Of a stretch of DNA of 64,000 bases, positions 24,201 through 39,200 are shown in pieces (positions within the stretch are counted from its first letter, which is position 1; each line of letters opens with the position of its first letter). Source of the DNA: Eledone cirrhosa (Eukaryota); the NCBI GenBank assembly GCA_964016885.1, contig OZ024741.1, positions 403,744,001 through 403,808,000 of the forward strand, given 5' to 3'. The translations under genes were made by a program, and so were the position numbers. Below the pieces are notes generated by a model. That model ran no database searches. It was not told where the DNA came from and saw nothing but the letters and a program-made list of their open reading frames with translations.

Positions 24201-27200
24201 ATAGATCCTTGTGTCTCTGTGTTATAGTTGATTAGTTAGAGTGATAGATCCTAGTGTCTCTGTGATATGGTTGATTAGTTAGAGTGATAGATCCTAATGT
24301 CTCTGTGATATGGTTGATTAGTCAGAGTGATAGATCCTAGAGTCTCTGTGATATACTTGATTAGTTAGAGTGATAGATCCTAGTGTCTCTGTGATATAGC
24401 TGATTAGTTAGAGTGATAGATCCTAGTGTCTCTGTGATATAGTTGATTAGTTAGAGTGATAGATCCTAGTGTCTCTGTGATATAGCTGATTAGTTAGAGT
24501 GATAGATCCTAGTGTCTCTGTGATATAGCTGATTAGTTAGAGTGATAGATCCTAGTGTCTCTGTGATATAGCTGATTAGTTAGAGTGATAGATCCTAGTG
24601 TCTCTGTGATATAGCTGATTAGTTAGAGTGATAGATCCTAGTGTCTCTGTGATACAGTTGATTAGTTAGAGTGATAGATCCTAGTGTCTCTGTGATAGAG
24701 TTGATTAGTTAGAGTGATAGATCGTAGTATCTCTGTGATGTAGTTAATTAGTTATAGTGATAGATCCTAGTGTCTCTGTGATAGAGTTGATTAGTTAGAG
24801 TGATAGATCCTAGTATCTCTGTGATGTAGTTAATTAGTTAGAGTGATAGATCCTAGTGTCTCTGTGATAGAGTTGATTAGTTAGAGTGATAGATCCTAAT
24901 GTCTCTGTGATAGAGTTGATTAGTTAGAGTGATAGATCCTAGTATCTCTGTGATAGAGTTAATTAGTTAGAGTGATAGATCCTAGTGTCTCTGTGATATG
25001 GTTGATTAGTTAGAGTGATAGATCCTATTGTCTCTGTGATATAGCTGATTAGGTAGAGTGATAGATCCTAGTGTCTCTGTTATATAGTTGATTAGTTAGA
25101 GTGATAGATCCTAGTGTCTCTGTGATATAGTTAATTATTTTGAGTGATAGATCCTAGTGTCTCTGTGATATAGTTGATTAGTTAGAGTGATAGATCCTAG
25201 TGTCTCTGTTATATAGCTGATTAGTTAGAGTGATATATCCTAGTGTCTCTGTGATATAGTTGATTAGATAGAGTGATAGATCCTAGTGTCTCTGTGATAT
25301 AGTTGATTAGTTAGAGTGATAGATCCAAGTGTCTCTGTGATATAGTTGAATAGGTGGAGTGATAGATCCTAGTGTTTCTGTGATATAGCTGGTTAGTTAG
25401 AGTGATAGATCTTAGTGTCTCTGTGATATTGCTGATGAGTTAGAGTGATATATCCTAGTGTCTCTGTTATATAGCTGATTAGTTAGAGTGATAGATCCTA
25501 GTGTCTCTGTGATATAGCCGATTAGTCAGTGTGATAGAACCTAGTGTCTCTGTTATATAGGTGATTAGTTAGAGTGATAGATCCTAGTGTCTCTGTGATA
25601 TAGTTAATTAGATAGAGTGATAGATAATAGTGTCTCTGTGATATAGCTGATTAGTTAGAGTGATAGATTCTTGTGTCTCTGTGTTATAGTTGATTAGTTA
25701 GAGTGATAGATCCTAGTGTCTCTGTGATATAGCTGATTAGTTAGAGTGATAGATCCTAGTGTCTCTGTGATATAGTTAATTAGATAGAGTGATAGATCCT
25801 AGTGTCTCTGTGATATAGCTGATTAGTTAGAGTAATAGATCCATGTGTCTCTGTGTTATAGTTGATTAGTTAGAGTGATAGATCCTTGTGTCTCTGTGAT
25901 ATAGCTGATTAGTTAGAGTGATAGATCCTAGTGTCTCTGTGATATGGTTGATTAGTTAGAGTGATAGATCCAAGTGTCTCTGTGATATAGTTGATTAGTT
26001 AGAGTGATAGATCCTAGTGTCTCTGTGATATAGCTGATTAGTTAGAGTGAGAGATCCTAGTGTCTCTGTTATATAGCTGATTAGTTAGAGTGATAGATCC
26101 TAGTGTCTCTGTGATATAGTTAATTATTTTGAGTGATAGATCCTAGTGTCTCTGTGATATAGTTGATTAGTTAGAGTGATAGATCCTAGTGTCTCTGTTA
26201 TATAGCTGATTAGTTAGACTGATATATCCTAGTGTCTCTGTGATATAGTTGATTAGATAGAGTGATAGATCCTAGTGTCTCTGTGATATAGTTGATTAGT
26301 TAGAGTGATAGATCCAAGTGTCTCTGTGATATAGTTGAATAGGTGGAGTGATAGATCCTAGTGTTTCTGTGATATAGCTGATTAGTTAGAGTGATAGATC
26401 TTAGTGTCTCTGTGATATAGCTGATGAGTTAGAGTGATATATCCTAGTGTCTCTGTTATATAGCTGATTAGTTAGAGTGATAGATCCTAGTGTCTCTGTG
26501 ATATAGCCGATTAGTCAGAGTGATAGAACCTAGTGTCTCTGTTATATAGGTGATTAGTTAGAGTGATAGATCCTAGTGTCTCTGTGATATAGTTAATTAG
26601 ATAGAGTGATAGATCCTAGTGTCTCTGTGATATGGTTGATTAGTTAGAGTGACAGATCCTAGTGTCTCTGTGATATAGTTAATTAGTTAGAGTGATAGAT
26701 TCTAGTGTCTCTGTGATATAGTTGATTAGTTAGAGTGATAGATCCAAGTGTCTCTGTGATATAGTTGATTAGTTAGAGTGATAGATCCTAGTGTCTCTGT
26801 GATATAGCAGATTAGTTAGAGTGAGAGATCCTAGTGTCTCTGTTATATAGCTGATTAGTTAGAGTGATAGATACTAGTGTCTCTGTTATATAGCTGATTA
26901 GTTAGAGTGATAGATCCTAGTGTCTCTGTGATATAGCTGATTAGTTTGAGTGATAGATCCTAGTGTCACTGTGATATGGTTGATTAGTTAGAGTGATAGA
27001 TCCTATTGTTTTTGTAATATTGTTGATTAGTTAGAGTGATAGATCCTAGTGTCTCTGTTATATAGCTGATTAGTTAGAGTGATAGATCCTAGTGTCTCTG
27101 TTATATAGCTGATTAGTTAAAGTGATAGATCCTAGTGTCTCTGTGATATGGTTGATTAGTTGCAGTGATAGATCCTAGTGTCTTTCTGATATGGTTGATT

Positions 27201-30200
27201 AGTTAGAGTGATAGATCCTAGTGTCTCTGTGATATGGTTGATTAGTTGCAGTGATAGATCCTAGTGTCTTTCTGATATGGTTGATTAGTTAGAGTGATAG
27301 ATGCTAGTGTCACTGTGATATAGGTGAATAGTTAGAGTGATAGTTCCTAGTGTCTCTGTGATATAGTTGATTAGTTAGAGTGATAGATCCTAGTGTCTCT
27401 GTGATATAGTTGATTAGTTAGAGTGATAGATCCTAGTGTCTCTGTGATATGGTTGATTAGTTAGAGTGATAGATTCTAGTGTCTCTGTGATATAGTTGAT
27501 TAGTTAGAGTGATAGATCCTAGTGTCTCTGTGATATAGTTGATTAGTTAGAGTGATAGATCCTAGTGTCTCTGTGATATAGTTGATTAGTTAGAGTGATA
27601 GATCCTAATGTCTCTGTGATATCGTTGATTAGTTGGAGTGATAGATCCTAGTGTTTCTGTGATATAGCTGATTAGTTAGAGTGATAGATCTTAGTGTCTC
27701 TGTGATATAGCTGATGAGTTAGAGTGATAGATCCTAGTCTCTCTGTTATATAGCTGATTAATTAGAGTGATAGATCCTAGTGTCTCTGTAATATAGCTGA
27801 TTAGTTAGAGTGATAGATCCTAGTGTCACTGTGATATAGCCGATTAGTCAGAGTGATAGAGATCCTAGTGTCTCTGTTATATAGGTGATTAGTTAGACTG
27901 ATAGATCCTAGTGTCTCTGTGATATAGTTAATTAGATAGAGTGATAGATCCTAGTGTCTCTGTGATATAGTTGATTAGTTAGAGTGATAGATCCTAATGT
28001 CTCTGTGATATGGTTGATTAGTTAGAGTGATAGATCCTAGTGTCTCTGTGATATAGCTGATGAGTTAGAGTTATAGATCCTAGTGTCTCTATGATATAGT
28101 TGATTAGTTAGAGTGATAGATCCTAGTGTCTCTGTGATATGGTTGATTAGTTAGAGTGATAGATACTAGTGTCTCTGTTATATACTTGATTAGTTAGAAT
28201 GATAGATCCTAGTGTCTCTGTGATATGGTTTATTAGATAGAGTGATAGATCCTAGTGTCTCTGTGATATAGCCGATTAGTCAGAGTGATAGATCCTAGAG
28301 TCTCTGTGATAGAGCTGATTAGTTAGAGTGATAGATCCTAGTCTCTCTGTGATATAGCTGATTAGTTAGAGTGATAGATCCTAGTGTCTCTGTGATATAG
28401 CTGATTAGTTAGAGTGATAGATCCTAGTGTCTCTGTGATATAGTTGATTAGTTAGAGTGATAGATCCTATTGTCTCTGTGATATAGTTGATTAGTTAGAG
28501 TGATAGATCCTAGTGTCTCTGTGATATAGCTGATTAGTTAGAGTGATAGATCCTAGTGTCTCTGTGATATAGTTGATTAGTTAGAGTGATAGATCCTATT
28601 ATCTCTGTGATATAGTTAATTAGTTAGAGTGATAGATCCTTGTGTCTCTGTGTTATAGTTGATTAGTTAGAGTGATAGATCCTAGTGTCTCTGTGATATG
28701 GTTGATTAGTTAGAGTGATAGATCCTAATGTCTCTGTGATATAGTTGATTAGTTAGAGTGATAGATCCAAGTGTCTCTGTGATATAGTTGAATAGGTGGA
28801 GTGATAGATCCTAGTGTTTCTGTGATATAGCTGGTTAGTTAGAGTGATAGATCTTAGTGTCTCTGTGATATAGCTGATGAGTTAGAGTGATATATCCTAG
28901 TATCTCTGTTATATAGCTGATTAGTTAGAGTGATAGATCCTAGTGTCTCTGTGATATAGCCGATTAGTCAGAGTGATAGAACCTAGTGTCTCTGTTATAT
29001 AGGTGATTAGTTAGAGTGATAGATCCTAGTGTCTCTGTGATATAGCCGATTAGTCAGAGTGATAGATCCTAGTGTCTCTGTGATATAGTTAATTAGATAG
29101 AGTGATAGATCCTAGTGTCTCTGTGATATAGCTGATTAGTTAGAGTGATAGATCCTTGTGTCTCTGTGTTATAGTTGATTAGTTAGAGTGATAGATCCTA
29201 GTGTCTCTGTGATATGGTTGATTAGTTAGAGTGATAGATCCTAATGTCTCTGTGATATAGTTGATTAGTTAGAGTGATAGATCCTAGTGTCTCTGTGATA
29301 TGGCTGATTAGTCAGAGTGATAGATCCTAATGTCTCTGTGATATGGTTGATTAGTCAGAGTGATAGATCCTAGAGTCTCTGTGATATACTTGATTAGTTA
29401 GAGTGATAGATCCTTGTGTCTCTGTGATATAGCTGATTAGTTAGAGTGATAGATCCTAGTGTCTCTGTGATATGGTTGATTAGTTAGAGTGATAGATCCA
29501 AGTGTCTCTGTGATATAGTTGATTAGTTAGAGTGATAGATCCTAGTGTCTCTGTGATATAGCTGATTAGTTAGAGTGAGAGATCCTAGTGTCTCTGTTAT
29601 ATAGCTGATTAGTTAGAGTGATAGATCCTAGTGTCTCTGTGATATAGTTAATTATTTTGAGTGATAGATCCTAGTGTCTCTGTGATATAGTTGATTAGTT
29701 AGAGTGATAGATCCTAGTGTCTCTGTTATATAGCTGATTAGTTAGACTGATATATCCTAGTGTCTCTGTGATATAGTTGATTAGATAGAGTGATAGATCC
29801 TAGTGTCTCTGTGATATAGTTGATTAGTTAGAGTGATAGATCCAAGTGTCTCTGTGATATAGTTGAATAGGTGGAGTGATAGATCCTAGTGTTTCTGTGA
29901 TATAGCTGATTAGTTAGAGTGATAGATCTTAGTGTCTCTGTGATATAGCTGATGAGTTAGAGTGATATATCCTAGTGTCTCTGTTATATAGCTGATTAGT
30001 TAGAGTGATAGATCCTAGTGTCTCTGTGATATAGCCGATTAGTCAGAGTGATAGAACCTAGTGCCTCTGTTATATAGGTGATTAGTTAGAGTGATAGATC
30101 CTAGTGTCTCTGTGATATAGTTAATTAGATAGAGTGATAGATCCTAGTGTCTCTGTGATATGGTTGATTAGTTAGAGTGACAGATCCTAGTGTCTCTGTG

Positions 30201-33200
30201 ATATAGTTAATTAGTTAGAGTGATAGATTCTAGTGTCTCTGTGATATAGTTGATTAGTTAGAGTGATAGATCCAAGTGTCTCTGTGATATAGTTGATTAG
30301 TTAGAGTGATAGATCCTAGTGTCTCTGTGATATAGCAGATTAGTTAGAGTGAGAGATCCTAGTGTCTCTGTTATATAGCTGATTAGTTAGAGTGATAGAT
30401 ACTAGTGTCTCTGTTATATAGCTGATTAGTTAGAGTGATAGATCCTAGTGTCTCTGTGATATAGCTGATTAGTTTGAGTGATAGATCCTAGTGTCACTGT
30501 GATATGGTTGATTAGTTAGAGTGATAGATCCTATTGTTTTTGTAATATTGTTGATTAGTTAGAGTGATAGATCCTAGTGTCTCTGTTATATAGCTGATTA
30601 GTTAGAGTGATAGATCCTAGTGTCTCTGTTATATAGCTGATTAGTTAAAGTGATAGATCCTAGTGTCTCTGTGATATGGTTGATTAGTTGCAGTGATAGA
30701 TCCTAGTGTCTTTCTGATATGGTTGATTAGTTAGAGTGATAGATCCTAGTGTCTCTGTGATATGGTTGATTAGTTGCAGTGATAGATCCTAGTGTCTTTC
30801 TGATATGGTTGATTAGTTAGAGTGATAGATGCTAGTGTCACTGTGATATAGGTGATTAGTTAGAGTGATAGTTCCTAGTGTCTCTGTGATATAGTTGATT
30901 AGTTAGAGTGATAGATCCTAGTGTCTCTGTGATATAGTTGATTAGTTAGAGTGATAGATCCTAGTGTCTCTGTGATATAGTTGATTAGTTAGAGTGATAG
31001 ATCCTAGTGTCTCTGTGATATGGTTGATTAGTTAGAGTGATAGATCCTAGTGTCTCTGTGATATAGTTGATTAGTTAGAGTGATAGATCCTAATGTCTCT
31101 GTGATATCGTTGATTAGTTGGAGTGATAGATCCTAGTGTTTCTGTGATATAGCTGATTAGTTAGAGTGATAGATCTTAGTGTCTCTGTGATATAGCTGAT
31201 GAGTTAGAGTGATAGATCCTAGTCTCTCTGTTATATAGCTGATTAATTAGAGTGATAGATCCTAGTGTCTCTGTAATATAGCTGATTAGTTAGAGTGATA
31301 GATCCTAGTGTCACTGTGATATAGCCGATTAGTCAGAGTGATAGAGATCCTAGTGTCTCTGTTATATAGGTGATTAGTTAGAGTGATAGATCCTAGTGTC
31401 TCTGTGATATAGTTAATTAGATAGAGTGTCTCTGTGATATAGTTGATTAGTTAGAGTGATAGATCCTAATGTCTCTGTGATATGGTTGATTAGTTAGAGT
31501 GATAGATCCTAGTGTCTCTGTGATATAGCTGATGAGTTAGAGTTATATATCCTAGTGTCTCTATGATATAGTTGATTAGTTAGAGTGATAGATCCTAGTG
31601 TCTCTGTGATATGGTTGATTAGTTAGAGTGATAGATACTAGTGTCTCTGTTATATACTTGATTAGTTAGAATGATAGATCCTAGTGTCTCTGTGATATGG
31701 TTTATTAGATAGAGTGATAGATCCTAGTGTCTCTGTGATATAGCCGATTAGTCAGAGTGATAGATCCTAGAGTCTCTGTGATAGAGCTGATTAGTTAGAG
31801 TGATAGATCCTAGTCTCTCTGTGATATAGCTGATTAGTTAGAGTGATAGATCCTAGTGTCTCTGTGATATAGCTGATTAGTTAGAGTGATAGATCCTAGT
31901 GTCTCTGTGATATAGTTGATTAGTTAGAGTGATAGATTCTATTGTCTCTGTGATATAGTTGATTAGTTAGAGTGATAGATCCTAGTGTCTCTGTGATATA
32001 GCTGATTAGTTAGAGTGATAGATCCTAGTGTCTCTGTGATATAGTTGATTAGTTAGAGTGATAGATCCTATTGTCTCTGTGATATAGTTGATTAGTTAGA
32101 GTGATAGATCCTATTATCTCTGTGATATAGTTAATTAGTTAGAGTGATAGATCCTTGTGTCTCTGTGTTATAGTTGATTAGTTAGAGTGATAGATCCTAG
32201 TGTCTCTGTGATATGGTTGATTAGTTAGAGTGATAGATCCTAATGTCTCTGTGATATAGTTGATTAGTTAGAGTGATAGATCCAAGTGTCTCTGTGATAT
32301 AGTTGAATAGGTGAAGTGATAGATCCTAGTGTTTCTGTGATATAGCTGGTTAGTTAGAGTGATAGATCTTAGTGTCTCTGTGATATAGCTGATGAGTTAG
32401 AGTGATATATCCTAGTGTCTCTGTTATATAGCTGATTAGTTAGAGTGATAGATCCTAGTGTCTCTGTGATATAGCCGATTAGTCAGAGTGATAGAACCTA
32501 GTGTCTCTGTTATATAGGTGATTAGTTAGAGTGATAGATCCTAGTGTCTCTGTGATATAGCCAATTAGTCAGAGTGATAGATCCTAATGTCTCTGTGATA
32601 TAGTTAATTAGATAGAGTGATAGATCCTAGTGTCTCTGTGATATAGCTGATTAGTTAGAGTGATAGATCCTTGTGTCTCTGTGTTATAGTTGATTAGTTA
32701 GAGTGATAGATCCTAGTGTCTCTGTGATATGGTTGATTAGTTAGAGTGATAGATCCTAATGTCTCTGTGATATAGTTGATTAGTTAGAGTGATAGATCCT
32801 AGTGTCTCTGTGATATGGTTGATTAGTCAGAGTGATAGATCCTAATGTCTCTGTGATATGGTTGATTAGTCAGAGTGATAGATCCTAGAGTCTCTGTGAT
32901 ATACTTGATTAGTTAGAGTGATAGATCTTAGTGTCTCTGTGATATAGCTGATGAGTTAGAGTGATATATCCTAGTGTCTCTGTTATATAGCTGATTAGTT
33001 AGAGTGATAGATCCTAGTGTCACTGTGATATAGCCGATTAGTCAGAGTGATAGAGATCCTAGTGTCTCTGTTATATAGGTGATTAGTTAGAGTGATAGAT
33101 CCTAGTGTCTCTGTGATATAGTTAATTAGATAGAGTGTCTCTGTGATATAGTTGATTAGTTAGAGTGATAGATCCTAATGTCTCTGTGATATGGTTGATT

Positions 33201-36200
33201 AGTTAGAGTGATAGATCCTAGTGTCTCTGTGATATAGCTGATGAGTTAGAGTTATATATCCTAGTGTCTCTATGATATAGTTGATTAGTTAGAGTGATAG
33301 ATCCTAGTGTCTCTGTGATATGGTTGATTAGTTAGAGTGATAGATACTAGTGTCTCTGTTATATACTTGATTAGTTAGAATGATAGATCCTAGTGTCTCT
33401 GTGATATGGTTTATTAGATAGAGTGATAGATCCTAGTGTCTCTGTGATATAGCCGATTAGTCAGAGTGATAGATCCTAGAGTCTCTGTGATAGAGCTGAT
33501 TAGTTAGAGTGATAGATCCTAGTCTCTCTGTGATATAGCTGATTAGTTAGAGTGATAGATCCTAGTGTCTCTGTGATATAGCTGATTAGTTAGAGTGATA
33601 GATCCTAGTGTCTCTGTGATATAGTTGATTAGTTAGAGTGATAGATTCTATTGTCTCTGTGATATAGTTGATTAGTTAGAGTGATAGATCCTAGTGTCTC
33701 TGTGATATAGCTGATTAGTTAGAGTGATAGATCCTAGTGTCTCTGTGATATAGTTGATTAGTTAGAGTGATAGATCCTATTGTCTCTGTGATATAGTTGA
33801 TTAGTTAGAGTGATAGATCCTATTATCTCTGTGATATAGTTAATTAGTTAGAGTGATAGATCCTTGTGTCTCTGTGTTATAGTTGATTAGTTAGAGTGAT
33901 AGATCCTAGTGTCTCTGTGATATGGTTGATTAGTTAGAGTGATAGATCCAAGTGTCTCTGTGATATAGTTGATTAGTTAGAGTGATAGATCCTAGTGTCT
34001 CTGTGATATAGTTGATTAGTTAGAGTGATAGATCCTAGTGTCTCTGTTATATAGCTGATTAGTTAGACTGATATATCCTAGTGTCTCTGTGATATAGTTG
34101 ATTAGATAGAGTGATAGATCCTTGTGTCTCTGTGATATAGCTGATTAGTTAGAGTGATAGATCCTAGTGTCTCTGTGATATGGTTGATTAGTTAGAGTGA
34201 TAGATCCAAGTGTCTCTGTGATATAGTTGATTAGTTAGAGTGATAGATCCTAGTGTCTCTGTGATATAGCTGATTAGTTAGAGTGAGAGATCCTAGTGTC
34301 TCTGTTATATAGCTGATTAGTTAGAGTGATAGATCCTAGTGTCTCTGTGATATAGTTAATTATTTTGAGTGATAGATCCTAGTGTCTCTGTGATATAGTT
34401 GATTAGTTAGAGTGATAGATCCTAGTGTCTCTGTTATATAGCTGATTAGTTAGACTGATATATCCTAGTGTCTCTGTGATATAGTTGATTAGATAGAGTG
34501 ATAGATCCTAGTGTCTCTGTGATATAGCTGATTAGTTAGAGTGATAGATCCTAGTGTCTCTGTGATACAGTTGATTAGTTAGAGTGATAGATCCTAGTGT
34601 CTCTGTGATAGAGTTGATTAGTTAGAGTGATAGATCGTAGTATGTCTGTGATGTAGTTAATTAGTTAGAGTGATAGATCCTAGTGTCTCTGTGATAGAGT
34701 TGATTAGTTAGAGTGATAGATCGTAGTATCTCTGTGATGTAGTTAATTAGTTAGAGTGATAGATCCTAGTGTCTCTGTGATAGAGTTGATTAGTTAGAGT
34801 GATAGATCCTAATGTCTCTGTGATAGAGTTGATTAGTTAGAGTGATAGATCCTAGTATGTCTGTGATAGAGTTAATTAGTTAGAGTGATAGATCCTAGTG
34901 TCTCTGTGATATGGTTGATTAGTTAGAGTGATAGATCCTATTGTCTCTGTGATATAGCTGATTAGGTAGAGTGATAGATCCTAGTGTCTCTGTTATATAG
35001 TTGATTAGTTAGAGTGATAGATCCTAGTGTCTCTGTGATATAGTTAATTATTTTGAGTGATAGATCCTAGTGTCTCTGTGATATAGTTCATTAGTTAGAG
35101 TGATAGATCCTAGTGTCTCTGTTATATAGCTGATTAGTTAGAGTGATATATCCTAGTGTCTCTGTGATATAGTTGATTAGATAGAGTGATAGATCCTAGT
35201 GTCTCTGTGATATAGTTGATTAGTTAGAGTGATAGATCCAAGTGTCTCTGTGATATAGTTGAATAGGTGGAGTGATAGATCCTAGTGTTTCTGTGATATA
35301 GCTGGTTAGTTAGAGTGATAGAACTTAGTGTCTCTGTGATATAGCTGATGAGTTAGAGTGATATATCCTAGTGTCTCTGTTATATAGCTGATTAGTTAGA
35401 GTGATAGATCCTAGTGTCTCTGTGATATAGCCGATTAGTCAGTGTGATAGAACCTAGTGTCTCTGTTATATAGGTGATTAGTTAGAGTGATAGATCCTAG
35501 TGTCTCTGTGATATAGTTAATTAGATAGAGTGATATATCCTAGTGTCTCTGTGATATAGCTGATTAGTTAGAGTGATAGATCCTTGTGTCTCTGTGTTAT
35601 AGTTGATTAGTTAGAGTGATAGATCCTAGTGTCTCTGTGATATAGCTGATTAGTTAGAGTGATAGATCCTAGTGTCTCTGTGATATGGCCGATTAGTCAG
35701 AGTGATAGAACCTAGTGTCTCTGTTATATAGGTGATTAGTTAGAGTGATAGATCCTAGTGTCTCTGTGATATAGTTAATTAGATAGAGTGATAGATCCTA
35801 GTGTCTCTGTGATATAGCTGATTAGTTAGAGTAATAGATCCTTGTGTCTCTGTGTTATAGTTGATTAGTTAGAGTGATAGATCCTTGTGTCTCTGTGATA
35901 TAGCTGATTAGTTAGAGTGATAGATCCTAGTGTCTCTGTGATATGGTTGATTAGTTAGAGTGATAGATCCAAGTGTCTCTGTGATATAGTTGATTAGTTA
36001 GAGTGATAGATCCTAGTGTCTCTGTGATATAGCTGATTAGTTAGAGTGAGAGATCCTAGTGTCTCTGTTATATAGCTGATTAGTTAGAGTGATAGATCCT
36101 AGTGTCTCTGTGATATAGTTAATTATTTTGAGTGATAGATCCTAGTGTCTCTGTGATATAGTTGATTAGTTAGAGTGATAGATCCTAGTGTCTCTGTTAT

Positions 36201-39200
36201 ATAGCTGATTAGTTAGACTGATATATCCTAGTGTCTCTGTGATATAGTTGATTAGATAGAGTGATAGATCCTAGTGTCTCTGTGATATAGTTGATTAGTT
36301 AGAGTGATAGATCCAAGTGTCTCTGTGATATAGTTGAATAGGTGGAGTGATAGATCCTAGTGTTTCTGTGATATAGCTGATTAGTTAGAGTGATAGATCT
36401 TAGTGTCTCTGTGATATAGCTGATGAGTTAGAGTGATATATCCTAGTGTCTCTGTTATATAGCTGATTAGTTAGAGTGATAGATCCTAGTGTCTCTGTGA
36501 TATAGCCGATTAGTCAGAGTGATAGAACCTAGTGTCTCTGTTATATAGGTGATTAGTTAGAGTGATAGATCCTAGTGTCTCTGTGATATAGTTAATTAGA
36601 TAGAGTGATAGATCCTAGTGTCTCTGTGATATGGTTGATTAGTTAGAGTGACAGATCCTAGTGTCTCTGTGATATAGTTAATTAGTTAGAGTGATAGATT
36701 CTAGTGTCTCTGTGATATAGTTGATTAGTTAGAGTGATAGATCCTAGTGTCTCTGTGATATAGTTAATTAGTTAGAGTGATAGATTCTAGTGTCTCTGTG
36801 ATATAGCAGATTAGTTAGAGTGAGAGATCCTAATGTCTCTGTTATATAGCTGATTAGTTAGAGTGATAGATACTAGTGTCTCTGTTATATAGCTGATTAG
36901 TTAGAGTGATAGATCCTAGTGTCTCTGTGATATAGCTGATTAGTTTGAGTGATAGATCCTAGTGTCTCTGTGATATGGTTGATTAGTTAGAGTGATAGAT
37001 CCTATTGTTTTTGTAATATTGTTGATTAGTTAGAGTGATAGATCCTAGTGTCTCTGTTATATAGCTGATTAGTTAGAGTGATAGATCCTAGTGTCTCTGT
37101 TATATAGCTGATTAGTTAAAGTGATAGATCCTAGTGTCTCTGTGATATGGTTGATTAGTTGCAGTGATAGATCCTAGTGTCTTTCTGATATGGTTGATTA
37201 GTTAGAGTGATAGATCCTAGTGTCTCTGTGATATGGTTGATTAGTTGCAGTGATAGATCCTAGTGTCTTTCTGATATGGTTGATTAGTTAGAGTGATAGA
37301 TGCTAGTGTCACTGTGATATAGGTGATTAGTTAGAGTGATAGTTCCTAGTGTCTCTGTGATATAGTTGATTAGTTAGAGTGATAGATCCTAGTGTCTCTG
37401 TGATATAGTTGATTAGTTAGAGTGATAGATCCTAGTGTCTCTGTGATATAGTTGATTAGTTAGAGTGATAGATCCTAGTGTCTCTGTGATATGGTTGATT
37501 AGTTAGAGTGATAGATTCTAGTGTCTCTGTGATATAGTTGATTAGTTAGAGTGATAGATCCTAGTGTCTCTGTGATATAGTTGATTAGTTAGAGTGATAG
37601 ATCCTAGTGTCTCTGTGATATAGTTGATTAGTTAGAGTGATAGATCCTAATGTCTCTGTGATATCGTTGATTAGTTGGAGTGATAGATCCTAGTGTTTCT
37701 GTGATATAGCTGATTAGTTAGAGTGATAGATCCTAGTCTCTCTGTTATATAGCTGATTAATTAGAGTGATAGATCCTAGTGTCTCTGTAATATAGCTGAT
37801 TAGTTAGAGTGATAGATCCTAGTGTCACTGTGATATAGCCGATTAGTCAGAGTGATAGAAATTAGTGTCTCTGTTATATAGGTGATTAGTTAGAGTGATA
37901 GATCCTAGTGTCTCTGTGATATAGTTAATTAGATAGAGTGATAGATCCTAGTGTCTCTGTGATATAGTTGATTAGTTAGAGTGATAGATCCTAATGTCTC
38001 TGTGATATGGTTGATTAGTTAGAGTGATAGATCCTAGTGTCTCTGTGATATAGCTGATGAGTTAGAGTTATGGATCCTAGTGTCTCTATGATATAGTTGA
38101 TTAGTTAGAGTGATAGATCCTAGTGTCTCTGTGATATGGTTGATTAGTTAGAGTGATAGATACTAGTGTCTCTGTTATATACTTGATTAGTTAGAATGAT
38201 AGATCCTAGTGTCTCTGTGATATGGTTTATTAGATAGAGTGATAGATCCTAGTGTCTCTGTGATATAGCCGATTAGTCAGAGTGATAGATCCTAGAGTCT
38301 CTGTGATAGAGCTGATTAGTTAGAGTGATAGATCCTAGTCTCTCTGTGATATAGCTGATTAGTTAGAGTGATAGATCCTAGTGTCTCTGTGATATAGCTG
38401 ATTAGTTAGAGTGATAGATCCTAGTGTCTCTGTGATATAGTTGATTAGTTAGAGTGATAGATCCTATTGTCTCTGTGATATAGTTGATTAGTTAGAGTGA
38501 TAGATCCTAGTGTCTCTGTGATATAGCTGATTAGTTAGAGTGATAGATCCTAGTGTCTCTGTGATATAGTTGATTAGTTAGAGTGATAGATCCTATTGTC
38601 TCTGTGATATAGTTGATTAGTTAGAGTGATAGATCCTATTGTCTCTGTGATATAGCTGATTAGGTAGAGTGATAGATCCTAGTGTCTCTGTTATATAGTT
38701 GATTAGTTAGAGTGATAGATCCTAGTGTCTCTGTGATATAGTTGATTAGTTAGAGTGATAGATCCTAGTGTCTCTGTGATATAGTTGATTAGTTAGAGTG
38801 ATAGATCCTAGTGTCTCTGTGATATAGTTGATTAGTTAGAGTGATAGATCCTAGTGTCTCTGTGATATAGTTGATTAGTTAGAGTGATAGTTCCTCGTGT
38901 CTCTGTGATATAGTTGATTAGTTAGATTGATAGATCCTAGTGTCTCTGTGATATGGTTGATTAGTTAGAGTGATAGATACTAGTGTCTCTGTGATATAGC
39001 TGATTAGTTACAGTGATAGATCCTAGTGTCTCTGTGATATAGCTGATTAGTTAGATTGATAGATCCTAGTGTCTCTGTGATATAGTTGATTAGTTAGAGT
39101 GATAGATCCTAGTGTCTCTGTGATATAGCTGATTAGTTAGAGTGATAGATCCTAGTGTCTCTGTGATATAGTTGATTAGTTAGAGTGATAGATCCTAGTG

